64,000 nt of DNA from Desulfatiglandales bacterium (lineage in GTDB: Bacteria; Desulfobacterota; DSM-4660; Desulfatiglandales; Desulfatiglandaceae): positions 6,720,001 through 6,784,000 of the forward strand of contig OY759599.1 of assembly GCA_963662465.1 (NCBI GenBank), in the 5' to 3' direction. Under the pieces are notes generated by a model. It did no database searches, was not told the origin of the DNA, and worked only from the letters and a program-made list of their open reading frames with translations. The translations under genes were made by a program, and so were the position numbers. Positions 41,758-51,577 of the stretch are shown in pieces; position 1 is the stretch's first letter; every line of letters begins with the position of its first letter.

Positions 41758-42243
41758 CTATTTTATTTTTCTTTGGTCACGAATCTCTATTTTATTTTTC
41801 GTCAAGGTGGTGTCCCACCTTATATTATCGGTAGGCAATTCGGTGCTTATGTTCATTTCCTTCCCACTGTTAAGGTTTTCTCCATCACTTCGAATAAAAC
41901 CAGCACGTGTATTGAACTTAATTTCAGCTATCTCGGCCCCTTTTAAGGTCCCTCGAATCATTTCATAGGTCTCGACCGGGTAATTCCCGTTTTGTAAACT
42001 GCCCATAACGAGGTCCCCTTCCTGAGTTATAGCTATGGTTCCATTAAAAGTCTTTCCGCAAGAACTCTTTGTAACAGCGTGCCACATACCGGATAGGTTA
42101 TAGACTAATGCTCCATTTGGAAGTTTAACCGTATTCGGCATATCAGCATTTAGTCTTACTCCATCCCGCATGGCGGAATTGCAGGCAACACCACATAATA
42201 AGATGAAGAAACCCATGACAAACCATTTTTTCATTTTAGACAT
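41758..42243 (-). CDS. Putative lipoprotein (cassette)
   Basis: MSKMKK...GVAC lipobox-like signal. Confidence 0.7.
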   Translation of the reverse strand: MSKMKKWFVMGFFILLCGVACNSAMRDGVRLNADMPNTVKLPNGALVYNLSGMWHAVTKSSCGKTFNGTIAITQEGDLVMGSLQNGNYPVETYEMIRGTLKGAEIAEIKFNTRAGFIRSDGENLNSGKEMNISTELPTDNIRWDTTLTKNKIEIRDQRKIK

Positions 42244-42425
42244 GCTCCTTTCAGCTAAGACTGGGATCGAAAAACAATTCTACCATTCAAAATATCTCAT
42301 TAGAATTTTATTGACAAAAATATTGTAAGAGAGAGCGGGGAAAGGTAGATCACCCCCCGCCGCCGCCTCTCTTTTTAAAACCGGAAAACTCTTCAACAAG
42401 GTCACTTCAGAACCGCAAATTAAAA

Positions 42426-42998
42426 TCACTTTCCAGGCAGGCTATAGGTTGCCGTAACCTCCACAAGAGCATCACCTTTGCTTTCTCCGGCGAAGGGTTT
42501 GAGCATCCTGACCTTAAAGGTATTCTTTCCCTGAATGCCTTTGAACCGGCCCGTTCCGCAAATATATTTCCCCGTCCCATGTCCGGCTGGAAGTTTGCCT
42601 TCTTTGAGCTTTGTCATAACCCCTTCTACTTTTACCAGAGCCGTAGATCCATCTTTAAAGATAAGCTGGGAATATCCCTGAAAGGTTCCCAGTCCCCGAA
42701 CTATATCAAAGGTACATCTCAGAAGTTGCTTGGCTTTCTCGCCGTCTTCATATTCCACATCGCCTTGGCGCTCATAAAAACCGATGACCCGGCCCGGTGA
42801 ATCCGGTATGGGTATGGCCTGCATCTTGGTAATCCAGTTATTGACCTTGAAATTACGGGTTACTTCGCCAGCCTGCACGACGGATGTCAACACACACAGT
42901 GAAATGACGAGGGTCATGAAGCACAGTGCCCATGGATTCAGAATTCCCCTGCCGCTGTTTCTACCTGTAATGTTCATGCTAGTTTCTCCTTTTCCCAT
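42426..42998 (-). CDS. Secreted hypothetical protein (duplicate of 17655-18227)
   Basis: Identical translation. Confidence 0.7.
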   Translation of the reverse strand: MGKGETSMNITGRNSGRGILNPWALCFMTLVISLCVLTSVVQAGEVTRNFKVNNWITKMQAIPIPDSPGRVIGFYERQGDVEYEDGEKAKQLLRCTFDIVRGLGTFQGYSQLIFKDGSTALVKVEGVMTKLKEGKLPAGHGTGKYICGTGRFKGIQGKNTFKVRMLKPFAGESKGDALVEVTATYSLPGK

Positions 42999-43172
42999 TT
43001 TTCAATTGTGGTTTAACATTTTCTGAGCCGCATGATCGAATTTCCTTTTTCATCACCTCCCTTTTCCTATGAATTCTCAAAAATCTGCGAAAATATTACC
43101 CATGGCGCAGTCTTGTTGACGGGTCTGACCGTCAACATTTTTTGGTTTCGCGAAAATGCTACTATCACCGCG

Positions 43173-43250
43173 AACGATAAGCTCACCAGCGCCTCCTCCG
43201 GCCCCCGCTGGAACCGCCCAAGTATCAGGCGTCTGGTGCAGCGTTTGGTT
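43173..43250 (-). repeat. attC site (host family)
   Basis: Repeat family match; R'' CGGTTAAC matches R' GTTAACCG at 45340-45347. Confidence 0.88.
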
Positions 43251-43451
43251 AACCGATTGAGATTACGTTCTAAAAGCATTCAACTTCTACACTCATAGTG
43301 GCTTATTACGTTTGGAAGTTCGATAGGACTCCAGCGTACATTACACAATGGCATAGGTCTGAATGAATTTCACACAGCTTTGCATAACTGACAGAGTATT
43401 GAGCGTAAATTTGGATGCTTATTTCAAATAGCATGTGGTTTTTGCCACATC

Positions 43452-43775
43452 TTATGCGTTTACCAGTATTCCCTCTCGTCGTGCAGCTTCGATAATTGTA
43501 CTTTCATCGTCCGTTTCCCACCGCTGAAGACCTACGGGGACCGGTTCTATCCGGTTGTCTGTACGGGCTGCGGTCCGCCAAAGCATATTGACATCTTCCC
43601 GATTGTAAGATTCATCATATCGAGGTGACACTACCAGTAAGTCTATGTCACTCCATCTGTTTGTGTCTTTGCGAGCGTGGGAACCAAACAAAATTCCGAA
43701 TTTGACCGGAACGCCGAGCCGTTGAAGTTCTTTCAGATATTTCCTGATTGAGTTTATAATTGATTCTTCAGCCAT
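43452..43775 (-). CDS. Minimal nucleotidyltransferase (MNT antitoxin)
   Basis: LFGSHAR....WSDIDLLVV. Confidence 0.88.
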   Translation of the reverse strand: MAEESIINSIRKYLKELQRLGVPVKFGILFGSHARKDTNRWSDIDLLVVSPRYDESYNREDVNMLWRTAARTDNRIEPVPVGLQRWETDDESTIIEAARREGILVNA

Positions 43776-44134
43776 TCGAATATCCCTCTCGTTTTTTGCA
43801 GCAGCATGTCTGCTTCTTCACGGGACGGAACAGGTCCCCACATTTCGGGATAGCGCCCCTCAATGTTGAATGGATTCATTTCTGAAAGAAAATCAGAATC
43901 TTCCTGCCTAAAGGCAATTCCAGACAATTCTGCAAGCCTTGCAAGATTGTGTAGCCTCGGAGCAATATCCCTGCTGTTGCGGCAAACATGGGCTTTGAGA
44001 ACTTTCTCAAGTGTTAAATGAAGAAAGAAAAGTCCGTGACGGATTCTGTTGGACCTGATGAGTTGATCCGCCACTTCAAAATCTTCTTCCGCCCCGTTTT
44101 TCCAATACGAAACATGTTTCTCAATATTTACCAT
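43754..44134 (-). CDS. HEPN domain protein
   Basis: FFLHLTLEKVLKA, PRLHNL..L, IEGRYP. Confidence 0.88.
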   Translation of the reverse strand: MVNIEKHVSYWKNGAEEDFEVADQLIRSNRIRHGLFFLHLTLEKVLKAHVCRNSRDIAPRLHNLARLAELSGIAFRQEDSDFLSEMNPFNIEGRYPEMWGPVPSREEADMLLQKTRGIFEWLKNQL

Positions 44135-44181
44135 CTATTTTCGGCCTGTAGATATGGATATTTATAACACTCGCGACGTCC

Positions 44182-45327
44182 CTATTTGGTAGCCACGGCG
44201 ATCCAGTTGTAGCCAATGTCTTGGTCCGGTGTGTCACTTGTCGGTAACCTGATCGGTCTTCCACTATGTTCATATTCAAGGACCGTTGAAGGCAACGTGT
44301 CGACTCCGTTAAGAACATCATCCAGTAACTTTTCTTTGCCTGGAAAATTTGAGTCATCATAGATTGTAATTTTTGAAAAGCCTGCATTACTCAGAATATT
44401 GAACATAGTCTCTTTTGTTCTACAGTTCAGGCCCCAGCTTTTCATTGGGCTGGCCTTTGATCCAATGTGCTGAATAAGAAAACTGCCCAAAGGGGCTCTT
44501 GATTTCATGTTTTCATTGGAGGATGATAAAACTAAGACACCACCTTCATTCAGCTGCCTGTAGTCACTGCTAATCAAAGTTTGGGCTACAGCATCCTGAA
44601 GGCCACATATTACACCAATTTTCACAATAATGTCTGCGCGCTCACTGCTCTTGGTAAAACTATTTTGAACAAACTGAACCTTATCAGTTTCAATTTGTTT
44701 CTTCGCTTCCATATGGGAAGCAATTTGCTGACCTAAAGCTAAGGCCTCTGAGTTTGTTTCGTAATTCAGTAAAGCCGAAATCCTGCCATCCACCTTCGAT
44801 GCAGCATGCAAAGTATCCAATCCAACGCCAGAGCCAAGATTTTTCATGACTATGGGTCGATTCATTCGTGCGGACACGTCATTGACCACCATTGGAAGAA
44901 TGGCGTGGGACAAGGCAATATGACGCTTCCTTAAGGAATCACCCATTTCCATGGCCACAGCCATTTCCTCTACTTCCAAATTATGAGCAAGAATAGGGGC
45001 TCCAAAGTTAAAATCGTGTGTGTAATACAAAAGGGGCATACAATAGCCGGAATGCTCATTCCTCACTTCAGCGAAAATCTTTGTTTGTGACACAATCTTT
45101 TCCTGCGCACGAAAAACAACATCAGGATTGTCAGATAACAGATCCCTCAAGTCTACTCTTGCCAATTCCTGAAACAACTTGAAATCTTCTCGTTCCAGAT
45201 ATTCTTCCGGATTTTTGTCAAACCAGGAAGTATCAACCTGTGCAAAAATATCGGGGGGGGGGGGGGGGGGTAGATTTAGCAGCCATTCTAATTCTCCTTT
45301 CAACTCTTTTTTGCCTTCATAGACCAT
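44182..45327 (-). CDS. Putative SAM-dependent methyltransferase-like protein
   Basis: NLGSGVG motif I-like; L..GGVLV; ILSNAGF; C18 tract near the 5' end. Confidence 0.55.
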   Translation of the reverse strand: MVYEGKKELKGELEWLLNLPPPPPPDIFAQVDTSWFDKNPEEYLEREDFKLFQELARVDLRDLLSDNPDVVFRAQEKIVSQTKIFAEVRNEHSGYCMPLLYYTHDFNFGAPILAHNLEVEEMAVAMEMGDSLRKRHIALSHAILPMVVNDVSARMNRPIVMKNLGSGVGLDTLHAASKVDGRISALLNYETNSEALALGQQIASHMEAKKQIETDKVQFVQNSFTKSSERADIIVKIGVICGLQDAVAQTLISSDYRQLNEGGVLVLSSSNENMKSRAPLGSFLIQHIGSKASPMKSWGLNCRTKETMFNILSNAGFSKITIYDDSNFPGKEKLLDDVLNGVDTLPSTVLEYEHSGRPIRLPTSDTPDQDIGYNWIAVATK

Positions 45328-45344
45328 ACTGACGCTGCGCGGTT

Positions 45345-45423
45345 AACGACAAGCTCACCGGCCCCCTGCACCGGGCTTTGCGATTACCCCGCCGCGTCCA
45401 GGGGTCCGGTGAAGCGTTTTGTT
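45345..45423 (-). repeat. attC site (host family variant), R'' split by a IIC intron
   Basis: AACGACAAGCTCACCGGCCCC...GGGGTCCGGTGAAGCGTTTTGTT; continues as AACCG at 46253. Confidence 0.85.
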
Positions 45424-46252
45424 GTGTGCCGGGCACGGCACGTGTTCTTAAGGGTGCGCGTAATGTACCATGCTTCCGATATTTTACGCAAGTCCCAGAC
45501 CCAGCCAGGTAGTGGCGAAGGGTGTAGCGGTATCACAACTGGGTACCCGGTAACGGGCCTGGAGAGGCAGTGGCCTTGCCGCAGCAGGGCACCGCAAACG
45601 CACGGGGCGACGAACAGAAATCGAGTGAGGCGGGTCTGGTGGGACGAGTTCGCAACACAGAACAAAGTCCTCTAACTACTATAGGCCAGGCACGTATACT
45701 CGGCGCTCGTGTGCGGAAAGACACGTGTTTACCCCGGGAGGCCCGTTGCGTCTCGTAGGGAACTGCAACTGAAATCCACCGGAATATAAGGGAAAACCGG
45801 TAAAACAAAACCCTGGCGTCAGGAACATTTCGAGTCATAGCCCTGACGAGCCCGGCCTATTGGTCGGGAAACACAAACAAATGGACTCGACAGATTGCGG
45901 AAACCACGAGTGAGCGAACCGCAAGGGGAGCCCACCGCGTAACGGGAGTCAGCAGAGGGCATATTAAGCCGGAGAAACGAGCCCTGAATAAAGGGAAGCC
46001 TCACTCCGGTGAAGGCCCGAACGGTCCCACCTGCCGAATGGCAGGGGTAAATGGTCGTGGTTGTCAAAGAACGTGTACTTGTTGGCTTAATGCAGCAGTA
46101 GCTGAAAGGTCGATAACGTCGCATTCTGGAAAACCCGGTAGGGCGGAACCTGTTTTATCCGTGCCTGCTCTGACCAGCCGAATCGCCGTATACGGACCCG
46201 TATGTACGGTGGTGTGGGAGGGGGGAGCTGTGAGGCTCCTCCCTATCCCCAT
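45424..46252 (+). mobile_element. ORF-less group IIC-attC intron
   Basis: Inserted after TTGTT on the attC bottom strand; 5' GTGTGCCGGGCACGGCAC; IIC DV ATCGCCGTATACGGACCCGTATGTACGGTGGT; 3' CCCTATCCCCAT; no RT ORF. Confidence 0.85.
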
Positions 46253-47354
46253 AACCGCATTCTGATTTTCCTAATTGCACGGAATTGGTGAGTAAGGACG
46301 CGCACTTTGCTTTATACCTGGTGTATTAATCCGTTTCCAGGTTGGAGCCCATACTTAGCGCATCTCTAGATTTCAACTGATGAAATCGACGTCACACATG
46401 ACCCTTTTTAAAGGGTATTCTTCCTTATATGTTTTTCCAATGACTTTCGGTTAGGTAGTGCTCTCCGCAGCGTCACTCCGTTGCGGCAGAAAGGACTGCT
46501 GGTTAATTGCCCGCCAATATTTCATTATTGAGAAACCACTTTGAAATTCGGCTGTAGCTTCAAAGTCCCACCTCCTGATGCAAGTGGATTGTAAATTTCG
46601 CTAACTCCGTAATGTTCCGAGAAAGAGTTATTCCAACCACCGCTGATGGTAATAGTTCCCGCCTTTTTCCAGTTCGGTGACTCTAGAAAAGTATCGGCAT
46701 CGACCTTGATGAGCGAGCCATCTTGCGCCGCTTCCAGGGCAAGCTGAATCGTCTCATAACAAGGTTCTTGGCCACATTGCCCATCTGCATCTACATATAA
46801 AGTGGATGAATAAGAGGTAGTAAATGAGATATCATCGCCATAACCTGTTCCTGCTGAATTAGTTGCATAAGCCCTTAAATGATATGCGGTGCCAGGGGCT
46901 AAACCAGTAACCGAACTTACAAAACTGTCGGTCCCCGAACCTTCATTCGTTTTTGTAGTTAAAGCAACCGTGGGGTTTGGCGATGTGCTCCAACAAACGC
47001 CCTTTTGCGTTACAGATAATCCTCCATTTGATGAAATGTTGCCATCCGATATAGCACTGCTATCCGTTATGGAGGATATTGGAACCGTATTGACTGTAGG
47101 CACGTCATAAATAGTTATAAGTCCCTGGGAGGTCTGTTTTGAGGTATCATTAAGAGGTTCAATCTTGATAACAGAATTTACTGAGGCTGGTCCTGTCACT
47201 TTCCATTCATAAAAACCATCATTTTCTGTGGATGCAATGACGGTCTCAAAAGAATTGTTTTTTCCACCTTCCCTGGAAATTGATATCTTAACGTTTCCTG
47301 AAATGCTTTTAGTATCCCATTCCACGTTCATTTGGTTTCCGACTTTCCACCTAG

Positions 47355-49323
47355 CCTGAGTTTACGAATTAGCAAAAGTCAATCTTGTAACTTGCTGTTA
47401 TGTCTAAAAAATTTCACCACCATTTGTACCCCCTAACTTAGCAAATATTGTTCCATTTTGAATAGATCGAAAAGCCGTTTTTGGACTTCATCCATCTTGG
47501 AAACAACCGATTGCGCTGGCTGTTTATTTTTTCGTTTCGGAAATACATTGAGAACTTCTCGTATTCCGAAAAGTTTATTATGTAGTCTATTTATGGACAT
47601 AGGCATTGATGCTTCCTGAGTCCTTTTCATTATCAAGGCTCGAAGAAGCAAGGATAATGAACAATATAGTCCATGAACCTTTATCTTCTGGTCTGTCCAA
47701 TGAAACATGGGCCACCAGGTTCCAGTTTTTCTGTCTTTCATTTGTTTAAAAACGTTCTCAATAACATACTGGCTTCGATAAGTAACTATAATATCTTCTG
47801 TCGACCAGCTATGGTTGTCTGTTATGATGATATTTTTCCCCAAATATGTATCGGAAAGCTCAGCATAAGAGTTGGTGTCTAAATTATAGGCAAGAACCGG
47901 AATACCATTATGTTCAGTAACAGTTGTTTTGATTAAAGTCTTCATATGTTGACCGGAAAGAGTTGATGCTACTTGTTTTTTTATGGATTCCTTGGTCGGT
48001 GTTTTTCCTTTGGTGATTCTTCCCGCAACACGGTCTTCTAATTTGGTAGAAATAACTAAAAGTTTGCCAAGACATTTATTTATTTCATTATTAATGGATT
48101 TTATTTGTGAAGTATAAAGATTGTTGTTGAAGGAAACCACAACAGTCAGGTCTTTTCCATATATTTTTTTCTGTGTGCGAAATGCCTTAACCTGATCCAA
48201 TTTGGGATGTGAGAGGGGAACAAGACATTTATCGTTATTGGAAATTAAAGCTAAATCCTTATGATCATCCGGCTTGACTGAACCGACAAAATGAAAACCG
48301 GAGTCCCCTACGAATTTATTTAGGTTTTCTTGAGAGTTATTGCCTTTATCAAATACGATTGTTAAGCCATCGTTATTTGGTTTCCTATCTTTAAAGGCAC
48401 GGAAAAAGTTTTCAATTACTATTCCAAACTCTTTCGAATCATGCGTGTTGCCTTCAAACACATCAAAGTATAATGGAAAATGGTCCTTGCGTGTGCAAAA
48501 CAATGCATAATTGATTTGTCTGAGGTTACCGCGCCCCTGTTTATTTTTTCCTCTTTTTGCAAGAGAGCAACGTGTATTGAAAGATCCAATGAAAGAATAG
48601 AAATTAGTTCCATCATAAGATGCGCAAGACAAATCAATATCTTCTCGATCCAAGATTGAATTTACAAGTTTTAACCATGTTATTATTATTTTATCCTCCT
48701 TAATGGAAGACATGTTATCCCAAAAACGTTGGGAACTCAGAGACGTTTTATCCGCTTCAGGAAATACTCGAAAAAGAATAGTATCCTGAAACCATTTCCA
48801 CATAGAACGTTTACTAACAGCCTCTATTCCACGGTTTATCGCAGCCAAAGTCAAATAGAACCCAACAGATAATCCTTGATTTCGTTTAGATAAAACACTA
48901 TCAAGAATCGAGATCATATTGATTTCTTCAGCAATGTTTAAATAGGCTGCGGGACCACCAAGCTGAAATATCTCTGCATATGTCGGTTTTGGAGGTATTC
49001 CCTCTACGGCTGCAATTATTTTCGGTAAAGATCCTAAATATTTTTGCCATTTTCGTCGAGGCTTCCCATCTACCCGCTCACTTTCCTCAGCGTAATAATA
49101 GGTGATGCCTTTGATCTGTTTGCGAGTAATATATGCCATAAAACATGTATTCCCCCTCAAAGAATGCATTATTAGGGGGTACAAATATCACAAAAAACAC
49201 GTTTATGTCAAGCTATACCTGCATTTCATGGTTCATTAAAGTTAGGGGGTACACTTTAAATCTGTAACTATCAAAAAATACACGATTTATTTGATTAAGG
49301 TGCGGTTATTTCGTAAACTCACG
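47355..49323 (-). mobile_element. IS1634-family insertion sequence, TSD CTAG
   Basis: IR C(C/G)TGAGTTTACGAA; CTAG at 47351-47354 and 49324-49327. Confidence 0.88.
47433..49139 (-). CDS. IS1634-family transposase
   Basis: MAYITRKQIKG..YYY, YDGTN, VFDKG, YRSQYVIENVFKQMK. Confidence 0.88.
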   Translation of the reverse strand: MAYITRKQIKGITYYYAEESERVDGKPRRKWQKYLGSLPKIIAAVEGIPPKPTYAEIFQLGGPAAYLNIAEEINMISILDSVLSKRNQGLSVGFYLTLAAINRGIEAVSKRSMWKWFQDTILFRVFPEADKTSLSSQRFWDNMSSIKEDKIIITWLKLVNSILDREDIDLSCASYDGTNFYSFIGSFNTRCSLAKRGKNKQGRGNLRQINYALFCTRKDHFPLYFDVFEGNTHDSKEFGIVIENFFRAFKDRKPNNDGLTIVFDKGNNSQENLNKFVGDSGFHFVGSVKPDDHKDLALISNNDKCLVPLSHPKLDQVKAFRTQKKIYGKDLTVVVSFNNNLYTSQIKSINNEINKCLGKLLVISTKLEDRVAGRITKGKTPTKESIKKQVASTLSGQHMKTLIKTTVTEHNGIPVLAYNLDTNSYAELSDTYLGKNIIITDNHSWSTEDIIVTYRSQYVIENVFKQMKDRKTGTWWPMFHWTDQKIKVHGLYCSLSLLLRALIMKRTQEASMPMSINRLHNKLFGIREVLNVFPKRKNKQPAQSVVSKMDEVQKRLFDLFKMEQYLLS

Positions 49324-51015
49324 CTAGAAGCCTGTGTTGGAAAAAGGATTTCAAGGTGCCCGGAAATAGTATTTTGCCCTCCTCTCACACAACGGATACA
49401 ATATTGATTTGCCTTTGACCTGCTATAGTCTAAGCCATCGCTAAAATAAACAGTGGATTCATTTGTAGGTTCTGATGTTCTTGTGGTTGAAGACCAATAA
49501 TGTGCTAACTCTGTTTCAGGAAAATAGTCTGTATCGATTGACGGATCGATTGACGTGTAATCTACAAGAGAATGAAATTCCTTAACAGCTGGCAATCGCC
49601 AATCATCATAACCTGCAAGATAACTATTTTCACATGTGGATAGAGCATCCTCGCCATTCAGGATACAGCTTTCAGTGCCTTTTTGCCACATCAGCCCGGC
49701 AGAAGTATCTGTGATCGTATCGTCCCCATTATCAACAAAATGACCGGATTTTTGAATCTGCTTTCCTCTTACTGCAAGCACGTAGTAGCTATCGGCCATC
49801 CTAGCAGTTTCGATGTCCCCATTTTCAAAGTTGACACCCAATGCATATCCGGCATTACCTGCGTCAAGAGTGAAAGACCAATAGAAAGAAGGCTCCATAT
49901 TGGAAAAGAAAATACTGTTTGCGGCAGGGTTTGTTTGCTCCCAATTGACAATTGAAAGCAATTCTGTGATTTTGGGAAGCCTCCAGTCGGAATATCCTCC
50001 AAACTGATTTGAATTGAGATTGGAGATCAAGCCATCTCCATAGTAAGAATCATATCCGGAGTATAGATTGTCCTTGTCGTGGATTGAATCGTCGTTTGTC
50101 TTTTTTTCCCAAATAAGCCCTGTGACATTGTCCTTTATCATTGCCCACGAAGCAGCTGAGTCTGGAAGAATAGCCCCATTTTCATCCATTTTGGTGTATG
50201 ATGGTGAATTAATTATATAACTGGCATCTTGGCCAAAAAACGCAGTGCCTGATTGGGGACATTCAATTTCGGTTGAATTGTCGTAACAGGTTGTCTGACC
50301 GGTATCTGGTATTGGAATTGAAAAAACTGGCTCTTCAAGAGTGATTTGATGCAAATATCTGTCATCATGAATATTCGCGAACCTAAATTCGCCGGCGGGG
50401 TCTTGAGTCCTCCATACATCAGATTTGAGGGCGCCAGCGGCGGCTTTAAGTGTAAAATTTCCGGTAGACTTTCCTGTTCGGATTTTTACTATGACTTGGA
50501 CATCTTCATTACCGCAATCGCTTTCAGACCCAATTCCCACCCAGATTTTGCAATTCTCCTCGGGGACATAAAGAGATTCGTATTCGGTATTTCTTTCAAG
50601 CGTGTAGGCTCCATAACCAGAAGCGATAGCCTCCAAAACCTCCCATTCGACAGGTATTTGGAGTACAAGACCGTAAACAGTAATATCGCATTCAGTCCCT
50701 TCAGAGTAACCAGCGATACGGACGCTGATTTCGTCATTGGTTAAAAAACAAAATGGGCCTGTAAAGCTATCTATAGTTAACTTGCAACTTGTTAAGACAA
50801 GCATAATTAAACACAAAATTAGGCAACATAAATTTTTCATATTAGAAAAATCTCCGATTAGAAATGAACAATAGCAGCCATTCTTGTCATCATGGGCCGT
50901 CTGATAAGAACCCTGAAAAACTTCGAATAGGATGCTTAACCTGCTTTTTTCTATTCTGTAGTCAAACGATATGCTCTATTTTTTCCTATATTTTCATGAC
51001 GCCTCCCGCCCGGTT

Positions 51016-51093
51016 AACGACAAGCTCACCAGCGCCTCCACTGGCCCCCGCCGGGACCGCCCAAGTATCAGGCGTCTGGTGCAGCGTTTGGTT
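51016..51093 (-). repeat. attC site (host family)
   Basis: Repeat family match; R' GTTAACCG matches the reconstructed R'' at 45421-45423 plus 46253-46257. Confidence 0.88.
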
Positions 51094-51577
51094 GGCAGCA
51101 CATAGTTCACTTAATAGCACGAAATTGCGGAGAAAATAAGAATCTCCTGACCGTTTTTCACTCGCCTTTTCACACATTGGGATTCCTAATATATCGGCAA
51201 AAGCCATCTCGCTGTTTAGGTAGAACCTTTCGGGTCGCACGGGTGTAGCCCGAGGTTTAATTAATGGGAAATAACTAAATCATCTTTACGCTAAAATATA
51301 ACCGATTATGGGTATTTAATGCTTTTGAATTTAGAATCTGCCATTGACCATAATAACTGAATGAACCCACCTTTTAATACCTCCAAATCATAAGCTTCAT
51401 CGTTGTATTTATATTTGAGCGGAATCATTTCTGTTGGCAAATTGTATTTCTTAATAAACGCACGCACAGAATTCGCTGGTATGCAATCCTGAGGAATACC
51501 AGAGTTATGATCCGAAATACTTATTTGATATTCATTTCTTGCTTTCCATAAGATACTGCTGCTTTGATAAATATTAA

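Larger units (their letters stand above)
46525..50840 (-). pseudogene. Lipoprotein with 2x Lcl/DUF1566 and FN3-like domains, interrupted by an IS1634-type element
   Basis: Removing 47355-49323 plus one CTAG joins ...QAS-RWKVGNQ-MNVEW in frame. Confidence 0.88.
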
